This document shows, in pieces, positions 1 through 13,529 of a stretch of 64,000 nucleotides of DNA. A program made the translations under genes and the position numbers. The stretch is from Octopus vulgaris. Lineage: Eukaryota. The notes under the pieces are model-generated. The model had not been told where the DNA came from and searched no databases. It saw nothing but the letters and a program-made list of their open reading frames with translations. The stretch covers positions 113,770,001-113,834,000 of the forward strand of contig OX597818.1 in the NCBI GenBank assembly GCA_951406725.2, written 5' to 3'. How positions within the stretch are numbered: position 1 is the first letter of the stretch; every line of letters starts with the position of its first letter.

Positions 1-83
1 GAAAGCCGTGGTCAGGGTGAGGGTACAACCTAACAGACACACAGACACACACACAGACAAACTGCCGTTTATATAGAGAGAGA
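1..83 (-). mobile_element. 5' end of non-autonomous Helitron (runs off the window start)
   Basis: Reverse complement reads A|TCTCTCTCTATATAAACGGCAGTTTGTCTGTG...GTACCCTCACCCTGACCACGGCTTTC, matching the 5' end of the complete TC...CTAG element at 22321-22704. Confidence 0.8.
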
Positions 84-253
84 TATTTATCCCTCACTGG
101 ATGGAGTACTTTTCAGCTGATCCTACCAATAACGGAACAGTTCACTGAGTGTGGGTGTGTATGGCATGTGTGTGTGAGTGTGCATGTATAAAGAGAGAGG
201 TGGAAAGAGGAAGAGAGAGAGAGTTTCATTCAAAAGGAAATTTGCTAAGGCTG

Positions 254-405
254 TTGTGAAATAGAATGAAACCCACAACAGTCTTTGCGATGAAAACTTC
301 TTAACTCTTCGGCTTTACTTCGAAATAATTCTAAATTTATATGTATTTTACATATAATGCCATTTGGAAACATTTCGAAATATAATTTCTTTTAGAATAT
401 TGTCC

Positions 406-491
<86 letters not shown>

Positions 492-496
492 CATAC

Positions 497-567
<71 letters not shown>

Positions 568-767
568 ACAATATTCTAAAAGAAATTATATTTCGAAATG
601 TTTCCAAATGGCATTATATGTAAAATACATATAAATTTAGAATTATTTCAAGTTAAGCCGAAGAGTTAAGAAGTTTTCATCGCAAAGACTGTTGTGGGTT
701 TCATTCTATTTCACAAGTTACGACTTGGCATTCAAAGAATTTTGCAAAACTACAAATTAATTTACGC

Positions 768-813
<46 letters not shown>

Positions 814-852
814 CATACATATATATATATATAAACATACATATATATATAT

Positions 853-916
<64 letters not shown>

Positions 917-1014
917 ATATATGTATGTATGTTTATATATATATATATATATATATATGAGGCGTAAATTAATTTGTAGTTTTGCAAAATTCTTTGAATG
1001 CCAAGTCGTAACTT
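254..1014. repeat. Double inverted duplication around two (TA)n arrays
   Basis: 254-407 is the reverse complement of 564-716 (about 2 differences); 715-771 is the exact reverse complement of 958-1014; TA-rich arrays at 408-563 and 772-957. Confidence 0.95.
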
Positions 1015-1134
1015 TGTGTTCTACACTAATTGATAATGTCAGTGATAGATTTTAGTTGTTTCGCTTCATATAAACGGTTCCTTTACCACTTCTGAGGATT
1101 GGATTTAAGCGCTTAACGGTTTAATGTTTAAGTG

Positions 1135-1296
1135 GGCGCAAATATTAAGCTGTGCTTTAAGAGGTTCGGTTAGCAACCACGGTTTTTCGAGTATTATATC
1201 ACTGCATGACACCTTGGACAATTTTTCTACAATTATAGCGTCGCGTCAACCAATATTTCGTGAATGAAATTCTGTAGTCGAAACTGTGTGGAGCCC
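1135..1296 (+). mobile_element. Decayed tRNA-derived SINE head (CORE-like family)
   Basis: Diverged match to the head at 60551-60700 (caaccac, caccttggaca, gaaactgtgtggagccc). Confidence 0.6.
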
Positions 1297-1961
1297 GGTT
1301 TAACTTTATTACTTGGCTGTTGGTTATCCTTAGTTGAATCTATCCCGTTCCAGGTAACCAGTGAAACTGGAAGTTTTGATGAGCATTACCCTTCCTTCTT
1401 TGGCCATTTCCCTGCCCACACCACAACTTAGGATTTCACAACTTTTTGGTGAAACCTTATTAATTTACCGCCGCAAAAATTTATTCTGTCTCAGAGTTGT
1501 TCGTTTTAAACAATTCTTTTCTAAGCCAACAAATGCATATTTATACATTAATTGTGTTGTTCTGGTTAAGCTCCAGGTCAGCATTGAAATCAAGCGGGTT
1601 TATGGAGATGCCGTTACGGCCATATATATACGAGAGGTTATATTTATCGGAGTCGATAAATGAAGTGCCAATCAAGGCGATGGATTAGTGGAAGTGTAAG
1701 AACGTCGGACTGGATCTATTGTGATATATTTTCCGCTCTTTACGAAGTGAGTTCAAATCTCCCAAAGGCCTTCATGGACAGTAGACTTAATATCTTTAGT
1801 AGAGTCCACTTGGTTGCAAATATTCGGGTCCGGTTTTTAGTTAGGATACTTTTCTCCTTCAAAACGCTAGTCTCAGAGGCCTCGTAACGGGCTATGGGTA
1901 CTGCCTTCCCAACTGACTAAAAGGTAAAGAAAAAGTAAAATATCAATACTAGAAAGTAATT

Positions 1962-1994
<33 letters not shown>

Positions 1995-2034
1995 TTCTCT
2001 CTCTCTCTATCTCTCTCTCTATCTATCTTTTTTG

Positions 2035-2215
2035 AGATTACACCTGTAATTTACAGATCAAATCTTCTCACATTGTATCACGTGGTTTCAGTCTGAGAAT
2101 GGAGTTAAAAGCGCACGTGCTTGTTAAGTATTCAGGTGTTCATGTCAGTGGAATACTTAGATGCTTACGCGTTGATAGAACGATTGAATGCTCGTCATTG
2201 AAACCGAACAGAAAG
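2035..2215 (-). repeat. Diverged copy of the interspersed repeat at 25258-25486
   Basis: Reverse complement aligns loosely with 25258-25440. Confidence 0.5.
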
Positions 2216-2439
2216 GAGAATCTAAGAATCTATTAAATTCCTAAATTTAGACTATAAGTCTGTCTGCTGGACATGAAACTGACTGTGTGTGGGTCAAACA
2301 ACAAAAACAATTACCACCAAGACAACAGCAAAATCAACGTCAAAAGCAAAATCCTTTCTGCTGTAGACACAAGGCCTGAGATTTTGGAGATGGGGTTAGT
2401 CAATTACATCTTCCTTGTGCTCAACTGATACTTATTTTG

Positions 2440-2964
2440 GATCTTTTCCTTTTGAACGGCACTTTGTAACATAATTTCTAGGTAACTAAAAAGTTTTAAA
2501 CTTCGTATACTGATAGAATGTGTTTATAAAACATCATTTTCTCTTGGCTTTATTGAGAAAATTCTATAGGTTGTAACATATTTCGTCTAAAATTTCTTGC
2601 ATTTCGGCAATTTTAACCAATCAATTACCTCCATTGACGTAAATAACATTCTGTGCATAATGAATATGTCCCTCCTTTAAGAAACAGATTGGGTTTATTT
2701 ACATTGGTGAAGAAAAAAGATACCCTTCCTCAACCCCTAACCCTAACCCTAACTAACCCTAACTAATCCCAACTCCAGCCCTAAATCTAAAATAGATTGA
2801 AATGCAATAGATCGATACTAGGGCTATAATTATGGATGACATTTTCATTTGACACCGCGAGAAAAAAAATTCCATTTTCCGTAGCGGTGTCGTATGAAAT
2901 TGTCACCCATAATTATAACCCTAGTATCGATCTATTGCATTTCAATCTATTTTAGATTTAGGGC
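2440..2964. mobile_element. Non-autonomous element with internal (TAACCC)n and an 81-bp terminal fold-back
   Basis: Homologous to 29006-29482; both start GGATCTTTTC; CCCTAA repeats at about 2733-2762; inverted arms 2778-2858 and 2884-2964. Confidence 0.7.
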
Positions 2965-3154
2965 ATTTAGCGATAACTAGCACTTGACTATGAATAATTG
3001 GGTACAATACCATCAGTATATTGAATAAGTACAATCCCTTAGTTGGTTCCTCAACTTCACTAACTCACACAGAAATACATATCAAAATAAGCATCACGAT
3101 ATCAAAGTAGTGATGCAGAACAACCGTTTCAAGCGACACCATTTAATTGAACAA

Positions 3155-3189
<35 letters not shown>

Positions 3190-3194
<5 letters not shown>

Positions 3195-3385
3195 CGACAA
3201 GATAGAAAATGCTAAAATAAGAAGTTTTTAAGCTTCGAGCAGTCAGTGGTAGGTATAACAAACCAAATTTCAGGACCAATAATAATTTATCGGCGTCGAA
3301 TGTTGTAACCTTTTCCCATATCGAAGTTCGATAAACTAAAAAGTATGCAGCCCCAATTTTACCTGTTCCACGCCCTCAATTTGGA
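3190..3385 (-). repeat. Short interspersed repeat, second copy at 50262-50475
   Basis: Shared blocks aattgaggg-gtgga, ttatcgaactt-gatatgggaaaa, ttcgacgcc-ataaattattatt and tgctcgaagctta. Confidence 0.75.
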
Positions 3386-3419
3386 CACAGACACAGACAC
3401 GCACACACACATAGAGTAT

Positions 3420-3840
3420 TGGCCCAGGCCTTGTCTAACGTAATAGCACTATCTGGCGAAGTCATTCAAATTAGGAATCGGACAACATGGTCCACTCGAG
3501 GAGAGAGTTATTGTTTACGGATGCATATCCGTGTGTAGGAGGTTTTATCCGGGATTTCTTCAAGTAATTTGTCCAATGACTTCTTTAACTTTATGGGGTC
3601 TATTTCTGCTTTAATATGTTTTTATGTAATGCTAAAGAGACAGGGTCAATTGATATGAAATAATTGTGCCGTATTGCTGTTATGAGATGCGAGTATGATT
3701 TATGTTGTGGGCGGATAGCACGGGGCCCAAGTCTTGGGTGTGTCTTAAAGGTGATGTCAATATCATTTGGGCAATTCTGATGGAATATTAACCACATCAT
3801 GCAGATGATGTAGCGCTCACGGGCCATGGCAACTTTGCAA
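3420..3840 (-). mobile_element. 3' end of a CR1/L2-like LINE ORF2 (pseudogenic)
   Basis: Translation [34 protein letters not shown]...KLKKSLDKLLEEIPD resembles the C-terminal motif of CR1/L2-group ORF2. Confidence 0.65.
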
Positions 3841-3903
<63 letters not shown>

Positions 3904-3904
3904 G

Positions 3905-3975
<71 letters not shown>

Positions 3976-4139
3976 GTAACATGTACATATATGAAAACAT
4001 AAATGTATATGTACATATATCCTTACAAATTTATATATAGACACATATATAACATATATGTATGTAAATGTATGTTTGGGTATATGCATACACGCGCGCA
4101 CACACATTATGTATATATATGTGTGTGTGTGTGTGTGTT

Positions 4140-4178
<39 letters not shown>

Positions 4179-4207
4179 TTGTGTATATTACATATACATA
4201 TATGAAT

Positions 4208-4287
<80 letters not shown>

Positions 4288-4651
4288 CGTGTGTACATGT
4301 GTGCATGTATGTGTACATGTGTGTGTGTGCGTGTACATGTGTGTGTAAGCGCGCGCTATTGCTTTCTCATCCGTGTTATGTCGGGAAACCTTAAAGTTTC
4401 TGTTTAGATCTCTAACGTCTCTCTCTTCAGAATTAACCCAGTAAACTGATAAGAATCTGGTGACTCTGGAGACAATTTATCCCTCTCATTTATATGTTTT
4501 AATTTGTTATTTCTGATGTTGTTATTTCCATTGCCTTCTTTCCTCCTTTTCTTTCTACCCTCCTTTCTTGATATTTTCCTTTTTATCTCCTGACTTCTTG
4601 CTTGAGCTATTTCGCCAACTATCCTCAAGTGTCAAAAACAGCTACATATAC

Positions 4652-4693
<42 letters not shown>

Positions 4694-4875
4694 GTGTGTG
4701 TGTGCAAATATATGCGTTTGCGTGCATATCCATAAATATATATGTTTGTGTGTATGTGTATGTATGTATGTATGTATGTATGTATGTATGTATGTATGTA
4801 TGTATGTATGTATGTATGTGTGCGTGTGTGCGTGTGTGTGTAAGTATTCTGAATTGATTGCAATTCATTATCACA

Positions 4876-5034
4876 GGCGCAAGCATAGCTCTGTGGTAAG
4901 AAGTTTGCTTCCCAACCACATGGTTCCGAGTTCATTCCCTCTGCAAGCCACCTGAGACAAGTGTCTTGTACTAGAGCTTCACGTTGACGAAACTCTTGTG
5001 GATGGATTTGGAAACTAAATGAAGCCTATCTTAT

Positions 5035-5089
<55 letters not shown>

Positions 5090-5627
5090 GACACATACAT
5101 ACACACACACACACATATATATGTGTGTTTGTATCTGTGTGTGTGTGAAGCGTCTTTCTGTTTGTCCCCATAACCATGTATCTTCTTTACAGCAGCACAC
5201 CTGTTTCTACCCTCTTTCTTATTAACTCTCTCTCTCTCTCTCTCTCTTTCTTCGTATCTCTTTCTTACCCTCTCTTTCTCTGTTTGGGTAACCCTGAATC
5301 TCCTCTATAGCAACACATGTGTTTCTGTCTTTCTGTCACACTCTAACTTTTCCTCATCTGACACAAGATCACCACCTCCAATCCTCCCTCCTCTCTCAAA
5401 CATTCCTTGTCTTGCACATTACTTGGTGACCCTGTCAGTGCAGGTGCCACTTAAAAAGGATTCAGCCCATTCTGCAGGGTGTTAGGAATGGCATCCAAAC
5501 GTAAATACCCTGCTAAAGCAGACACAGAAGTATGGTGCAGTCTTCTGCTAGACCAGCTCCTGGCAAACCGTTCAACCCATTCCAGCATGGAAGGAGGACG
5601 TTAAACAATGATGAGGAGGATGATGAT
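4876..5627 (+). mobile_element. Composite tRNA-derived SINE with microsatellite body and (GAT)n tail
   Basis: tRNA-like head with A/B-box-like motifs at 4876-5030; Nin-like gttaggaatggcatcc; tail CAGCATGGAAGGAGGACGTTAAACAATGATGA. Confidence 0.75.
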
Positions 5628-5639
5628 ATATATATATAC

Positions 5640-5755
<116 letters not shown>

Positions 5756-7029
5756 GTATGTATGCGTGTGTGTATGTATGTATGTATACATAGCCAGAGA
5801 TAAGCTGATTTCGAATTCGAGTCCACTAAAGAAAAATAGCAATAATACTTTAATGAAATATTAACAATAAAACATAAATAAAATAATCAAAATGTCAGAG
5901 AGGAGAGTATGAAAATGAGAAATAAGGGCATGGGGTGGAGTGAATAAGCAAATGAAAAAGGAAATTAAAAGAAAGAACGAGAGAAGGAAGAAAAGAAGAA
6001 AGAAAAAGAGAAAGGAGCAACGCAAAAAGAATTACAAAGATTAAATCATTAGATTGTTTTCCTATAATTTTAATGTATATGTATGTAAGGTGTATGTGAT
6101 TATATGTGTATTCGTGTGTATGTGCCTGTATGTGTGTGTATGTTCTGTGTGCATGTAAATTCATATAATTTTCTGTATCATTTTTATTTTGTTGTTGTTT
6201 GGTCCGTTAAGTTTGTAAAAATATGTCAGAGATACGTAGTGGAGAAATATAAGCACGAGTGAGTGTATGTTAACGTATATAAATGTCTGCGTATACACAT
6301 GTGTATTAACATCTTAATTTATATACTGAAAGGAAGAACTATATTGTAAGTGAATGTGAGTATGTATAAATGTAAGCAGTCGTAATCAGCAGCACATTAT
6401 ATTAATAATATATTTCAAGTTTCACACGCCAAACATAGTTTATACATACATAAATGCATGTATATATGTATACATACATAAATACATACATATGTAAGTA
6501 CATATACACACCAGTTTTCTTTTACGCACAACTATATTAAATGTAATTCCAACCATGTGTAGCAACATCGAATGGAATCCGCTATACATTTGTATGTATG
6601 GATGTATGTATGTATGTATGTATGTATGTATGTATGTATGTATGTATGTATGTATGTATGTATGTATGCATGCATGTATGTATGTATGAATGTATGTATG
6701 TATATAAGTATGTATGTATGTATGTATGTATGTATGTATGTGTGTGTATATATGTATGTATGTATGTTCGTTTGTATGTAGGCATGTATTATTCATGTAT
6801 CTATGCATTCACGCGCGTGTTTGTGTGTGTGTGTGTCTGTCTGTCTGTCTGTGTTTGTGTGTTTGTATGCGCGTGTGTATTTTAAGATGAAGACCATGAC
6901 TCTCGCGGCAGACGGTGACGTGGAGTAATGGCTCCTGCAACAGTGTTTAACGTTAGGATAAAGTCAATTTCTTTATTAACCATGAAGTTGAGAAAAAGAG
7001 GGGACGATATGAGGACAGACAAAACAAAC

Positions 7030-7115
7030 GTTAGGACAAAGTCATCGGTATAGTCTGCACCTGTTATTGTCGAGGTTGTGTATCAGGAACTTCTTGGTTC
7101 GTGAGGTTAATTCCT
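7030..7115 (-). pseudogene. RTE-like reverse transcriptase fragment
   Basis: Translates PRSS*YTTSTITGADYTDDFVL, a degenerate YADD motif in RTE-like context. Confidence 0.5.
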
Positions 7116-7849
7116 GCTGTTATCTACTGAAGTATGGTGGACATATCTATGACAAAATATAAATATGTAAAGTGCAAGATGTCTCCTCATAAATCTCTTG
7201 CATGAATGTCAAAATTTATATCTGTTTCTGTCAGGTGAACATACTTTAGCTCTAGTGTATTTACAGAACATTATTATTGCATCTACTGCTTTTATTTTGA
7301 AGATATAAAAGATATTTCCAACAACCTAACTCAGGACAATGAAAAATGGACAAACTCTCCGACGGAACACTAACCTCGTATATATGGTATTCTATGTGAT
7401 CCCATTTTTCATTTCCATTGCAGTTCTTTATCCTTAAGTTTGGGTATCGGAGATACAACTATTATAACTGAGTCAAAAGAAAGGAAAAGAAAAATAGAAA
7501 AAAAAAGGGAACATTCTTGTTAATCGACTCATCCGTCTATCGGGGACTCACGCTTTCGAACTCCAGTCTTTTTCTCGACTAATCACAATCACTATTGATA
7601 TGATCTTCTGTAGTCACTAGCTACAGGAAAATGCCGTAACAGAAACCGTTGCACATAGCTTTCTGCGACCCCACTAAGATATTTGATTCCAGGAATCTTG
7701 ACGCTTTCGGAATAATTGTGACCAAATCTAGCTACCAACAAAACGTCATCAGAATCACACACTGGAAGCTAATGTGCGATGACAACCTGACATGGGAGCT
7801 GGAGTAAGACAGAAATGAATATTTACTCCCTACGTTCTTTTCTATCTCT

Positions 7850-8620
7850 CTGTCAGTTATAATCGAGCCCACTCTTTGCGATCTTTCATCTATCATCCAC
7901 ATTTCAAGCTATTTAATCCTTTCTGATTCCATGTTGTGATATATTCACATCTACAATGATAAGTAAACATTAGTATGTTGTTGATATTACAGCAAATGCA
8001 ACCTCAGCAGACCTACAGAAAACTACCATCATTTTCACTGGTATATATGAAAACGTGTCTACCTTTCAGTATAAGCAAAACAAAGGTCGCATCAACAAGC
8101 ACCTAACAAGCAGCAACCAGGCTATTCAAATACAAGGAAAATCGATGGAAAATGTAGAGCTGTTACCTATTACAAAACGCAGATATTGATTAGGGTATGC
8201 AACGCCGGACAAGACATGGCAGCGCACGTTTCTGAAGGCTTAGAAGACAAGTATACGAATAAAAGAAGTCATGATATATAATGCAGTTGTAATAACCACT
8301 CTTCTATACAGCTCTAAAGCCTGGACAATCTATAGGCGACATCTCTGTTAGTTGGAAATATACTATTAGACATCACTGAGAAAAATTCTTGCACACTTAG
8401 AAATATTTAAAAAATGGAGGAATGTCGATCTACTCAAGCTAGCAATATCTCTTACAGTCAATAATGATTGCCCGCCATTACCTTCGATAGACTGGTCACA
8501 TCGTACGAATACCGCGCTACTGGATAGTCAAACAACTGTATAGATGAAAGCGTATACAGAGAAAACAAACGAAGTGGTTCAAGGATATATAGGAATTTGG
8601 AAAAGCGTGTTGACAAAGTA
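7850..8620 (+). mobile_element. Decayed RTE-clade LINE ORF, 3' half
   Basis: IYNAVVITTLLYSSKAWTIYRRHL..LRKIL and LR*TGHIVRI match RTE/BovB-type C-terminal motifs; multiple stops and frameshifts. Confidence 0.8.
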
Positions 8621-8703
8621 CAAGCATTGATTTTTTTCCAATGATAATATTGTATATGACTTGAGATGTTTGACTTGCTTTAATATTTGTTGTCCTCTTT
8701 AGC

Positions 8704-8796
<93 letters not shown>

Positions 8797-8899
8797 TACA
8801 TATATATTTACGTATGAAGTAAAACCAGCTTTATGTATTTTTCGGTGGCTGCAATGGCGTAGTGGAGTATAGAAGCTCTCATGTCACCGGTGTTAAAAC

Positions 8900-9110
8900 A
8901 CCTTGGTCATGGACAGGTGAGATAATTCACCCTCAATCCCATTTAGGAGTGATGGTCATCGATGTTTCGCCATTTGTGTGGCTGTGCGAAGACAATAGAT
9001 GTAATTTATGTATCGCAGAAAAAAATTCTAATGATACAAACCAACGTTTTAAAACAGTACAGATGAGATATTCTTTACATGTTTACAGAGAAGAAAACTA
9101 AAGCAAAATA
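8900..9110 (+). mobile_element. Penelope-like element, C-terminal remnant
   Basis: NRCNLCIAEK followed after a frameshift by NSTDEIFFTCLQRRK, resembling the PLE C-terminal RCxLCxxEK...NxRxExxxxCRH motif. Confidence 0.6.
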
Positions 9111-9515
9111 TGCATTTAGAGTAATTTTTTACATATAAAAAAGAATGAAGAAAATAATGTCCATATGTTAGATTGAAGTTTATATCGCCATCCAGGGAAA
9201 ATTTTCTCTCAAACTTTCAAATTATGTGCTTGGATCGTCACAGTGATCACACAAACAGGAATGCCCAGTAGATATGGAGAAACATCCTGCCTAAGCACCA
9301 TTTTGATTTTATTTTTTATTGCATTTCACCTAAAGGAACGCGAAAAGAAGGAAACTCGGAGAAAAAAACCGACTGCGTGCACATACACACATATACACAC
9401 AAACATACGCATATATACACACGCGCAACTTCACACGTACACACATACACTTACCCCTCCATACATACCTACACAACATACTGATTCTGAAACGCATGCA
9501 TGTTTTCATGTGTTT

Positions 9516-9558
<43 letters not shown>

Positions 9559-10009
9559 TGTATGTGTCTTGATATACAGTCGAGAGTAGTAGTAAATTGA
9601 ATTCTGATTTAGTGCCATTTAATCTGTAAAATGGTATTAATGTTTTAGCTCTAATGAAATTATGCCCTCTCTAATTTCGTCGCCTTATATTTTGCCTGCA
9701 CTGTTAACTTCAGCTTGATTTTTTTCCCCGTTTGAACTAATTAAATAAGTGTCATCACAAGCATTCGACCCATCGGCTTCTTCTTTCTCTTTCTTTTCTT
9801 TTTATTATATATTTATTTATTTTGTTAGCCCCAGGTCAGCTCTGACCGAGCATTCTCATAGTATGTAGAAAGTCAGCCGAACGAACAGACGCGTTCCACA
9901 GATCTGTTATTTCATTCTGTATATCATGCCTCCTCTTCTTATTTGAATACGTTCTTCTACTCTTCGACACGCTGTAATAAGTCGCATGAGTCAGTGCGAC
10001 AGTCTAGAC

Positions 10010-10345
10010 ACCTATTCTTTGCAAAGCCCTCTTTTCATTTAATTTGTTTGTTTCTGTCACTGGGCTGAAGCGCCGCCTTGGAAAGTTTGTCGAATAAATC
10101 GATTCCAGTACTTGGAACATACATATATATACATGCATACATACATATGCGTGTATATGTGTATGTATGCGTGCGTGCGTGTACGATGTACTTCTCACGA
10201 AATTTCTGTCTACAAGATTCCCTCACGAGGCATTGAAATGTTCCAGATTATTGGTAAAAGACACTTGCCCAAGATACCGCGCAGTGGGACTGAACCAGAA
10301 ATCGTATGGTTACAAAGAGACAAAGAGACTTTCATAAATGCACAG
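10010..10345 (-). mobile_element. tRNA-derived SINE (CORE-like family)
   Basis: aagacacttgcccaagataccgcgcagtgggactgaacc head plus 3' part gcgccgccttg...aatcgattccagtactt, both reverse-oriented. Confidence 0.75.
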
Positions 10346-10539
10346 CTTTGTTGTTGTTCGTGGGCGGTCTTTGTCGAGCAGCAAAGCGATGATCTAAGAC
10401 ATTCTGTGGCTATCCGGTTTCTTTTTTCAGTCTTTATTTTTCTTATATTATCGAATGTCTACTTTTTTTTTGTTGTTGTTCAAAGAAACTTGGAGGAGAC
10501 TTGGTTGCTATTCTTGGCAGGTTGGGTGACTATGTAACG

Positions 10540-11985
10540 CCTGTAAATCCTAGGGTACCCATGACCGAAATGAGCAAGATGGACGCGTAACATTTGCTAT
10601 TCCCGTGTTCTTATTGCAGCTGTGCATCCCAGAGTAGCCTTCAGAGTTAGAGACTATCGTGGCTGCGAATATTTCTATGATTTTACACTAAGTGGAAGAA
10701 ATGTTTTTAGGATTTTGTTGTAGTAGTCCTATTCTGAAGTGTTGTATAAGAGTATGTCTCTAGAGGTTTAGTTGTGATTTTATGCCGTGGCAGAGACCCA
10801 TGTCTGCTGCGGTAGCTTTGCTTACATGTAACGTGTCCAGGATGATTTTTTTACGCTGTGTAAGTGGTTCATAGATATGGTCTGTGTATAGCGATGATAC
10901 ATAGTCCGCTATATTGTGTACTTTCTAGTTTATTGTCGATATATATTTATTCTTGGGAGACTGGTGGCCTGCGCAGGGCTGGCATACATCACGACAGACT
11001 TAAATATATTATATAGTGGTCTATGTTTGTGTGTCGTCTTACTTTCTTTAGTATGTCTTCTGTGTGTTATGAATGATGCGAAGCTGTATACAATTCATAA
11101 TGCTCATTCTTCTGTGTCCATGTTGGTGAGTATATGTATTGTATTTAATAATTTTGTTACCATATTTCTTGTGTTTGTAATATAACAATTAACATGAAAT
11201 TTGGATGGAAGGTTTTAAGTTAGATTACTTTAAAACGGAATTTGTATCATAGAACCATGAGCGGTTTCAGCGGGGATTGCTATCAAAATAGTTAATGTTT
11301 TATGGAGCTACTGGTAAGAATTGAAACAGTAGATTTGTTAGATACTACTTTAAACCTGTCATTGGAATCCAGATTTTCAGTTAGCTGAAGAACGTTTAGA
11401 GTAAATGCATAGTTGGCTCTGGAGAAATAATAGGAGGATGTGGGAAGGTGAGGATGTGAGAATAATGGATGTGAGTGTGATAGCATCTGTGTATGAGCTG
11501 TATATATGTTATGAGGTGCGGGGAGGTCGTGAAGCTATAGATTGAAAAGAACGGGCGAAAAGAGTTGTTCTTGTATACTATATAATCTTGATGACGTCGT
11601 AGGTATTTTGTTGGTCAGTTGTTTGTATCGCTGTTTAATGCGCTAAGTATTTTGTAGATAACTGGATAACGGAGAAGTTGAAAATTTGCTGATGTCAAGC
11701 ATGGTATAGGTGGTAGATTGATGAAACCACTTAGTATCCTTTGTCTAAGTTTCGTAAAAATTGGATTGCTTTTGTTGTTTCAATCTATATTGTGATTGCA
11801 AGGGGGTCATGTGTTGGTTAAAGATGACAAAAGTTAGCCATTCTAAAAATTTCAGTGTGTGCATAAGAGAGGTGTGACTTCATTTGGTTTTTGTCGAAGT
11901 TCTACAGTAGTCCGGGAATTTCATAATGTCAGTAAAAGCAATAATAGACATTGGAGAATGCAGTGGCTACTTCAGGCCGTATATA
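10540..11985 (-). mobile_element. Decayed non-LTR retrotransposon reverse transcriptase region
   Basis: Minus strand gives MLDISK (about 11685-11702), FSPVLFNL*LHDLP (about 11521-11561) and SYTDAITL (degenerate YADD). Confidence 0.75.
11145..11295. mobile_element. TTAA-flanked MITE (piggyBac-like) nested in the LINE remnant
   Basis: TTAA at 11145-11148 and 11292-11295; imperfect terminal inverted repeats attttgttacca / tgctatcaaaat. Confidence 0.55.
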
Positions 11986-11999
11986 CTGTATTTTATGTT

Positions 12000-13196
12000 T
12001 ATATTTATGATTTTGTCGGGCACTGAGGCCTAGAGGACCTTATTACTTTGAGATGTCGGATAGAAAAAATCAAAATCATGTTCTCGATGATTTGTACGTA
12101 TTTTTTTTATTTTACTTTCTGCCAGTCGAATTCAGAAACATAATTTCTGTTACCAAGTTATTTTCATTCCTTACTATCTTCTGCCCTCGTGTATTTCTGT
12201 ATACATATATAATGGTGCCTAGTAGGAAAGTGTCAAATTTGTCGGCATAACTACAGATTTCTGTCCCCTCCCCCGCCGAATATACAAACTTTTGTGGGGT
12301 AAGTGTTTTAGGAGGGGGTGGGGAATTTCTGAAAATTCATCCGAGTCCACTTCAATTCTTCACTTTCAAGAAAATGTATATATTTTTTATGAAATTCTCA
12401 ATTTCAGTAAATTCCGGGTAAACGTTTCTAATAGAAAGGCAGAAGATACCAGAAACAAAAATAAGGAATATACACGCACAGTTAAATATAGAAGTGTAAA
12501 GTATAATTTGTTACATAATCTCTATAATAAACATGATATTGAATGGAATAATTCCGTTTTAACTTTTTTAATTACATGTATGTGTGTGTGTGGTAGAAAT
12601 CTACGGATGCACAAACGCACAAAACGGAGAAAATGAAACAAATACGGACGACTTGTTCTGAAACACCCCCGAGTGGGGAACAGTTCTCAAAGGTAACCCC
12701 CAATTGTTTTCCTCCAAAATTCCTTTGTCCTCGGAATCTACACAGTATATGAAGAAATACTTACATGAATAGTAAATCCATTGAGTGTTAAAGTATTACT
12801 ATTACACTCACTTTTCGACTGACATGCGTGAATGTATATCTGTGTGTATAAAAGTGCAACAGTAACGTGATATATTCGCTGTGTGTGTGTATGTGTGTGT
12901 GTGCGTGTGTGTGTGAGTGTGTACTCTATACATGGCCTTTCATTGTTTATAATCTGTACTTGTTTTTTGGTTACGAAATAAGTTAGACGAACGTGTATTT
13001 ACTTTATATACATATATCAGTTGAAAACTTTCTTTTCAAATTTCACTTAACGTCTATGTTCCACGTTGGGATGGGTTGCAGAGTTGCGTAGAAAGTTGGT
13101 ATCTCAGCTACTAGCAGTTGAGACCTGCGTAATCTACACGGCGTTTTTAAATTTCATTATTTTCTTTAACCCAGGCAACGCCGGGTATTTCTGCTA
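12000..13196 (+). mobile_element. Non-autonomous Helitron (5' boundary uncertain)
   Basis: 3' hairpin CCCAGGCAACGCCGGG followed by tatttctgCTAC (decayed CTAG), similar to the end at 22676-22704. Confidence 0.55.
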
Positions 13197-13197
13197 C

Positions 13198-13271
<74 letters not shown>

Positions 13272-13290
13272 GTGTGTATGTATGTATGTA

Positions 13291-13341
<51 letters not shown>

Positions 13342-13529
13342 ATATGTATGTATATATGTATGTATATCTCAGTGTGTACATATATATATATATATATATG
13401 TATGTGTATGTAATTGTATGCTATACAGAATGGATATGCTTTATACACTTTATTCTAATAATATCCTATGATAAATTGCTTACTTATCTGATATTTCGAT
13501 GTAAAACGGCATAATTCGTAAAAAGAAAT

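Noticed and set aside
1086-1136. ccactt-CTGAGGA...aagtgg hammerhead-like arrangement
   Set aside because: A stem I-like pairing is present but there is no GAAA half-core.
2733-2762. Telomere or telomere-fusion site
   Set aside because: Only a few degenerate TAACCC units, embedded in an interspersed element that has a second copy at 29006-29482.
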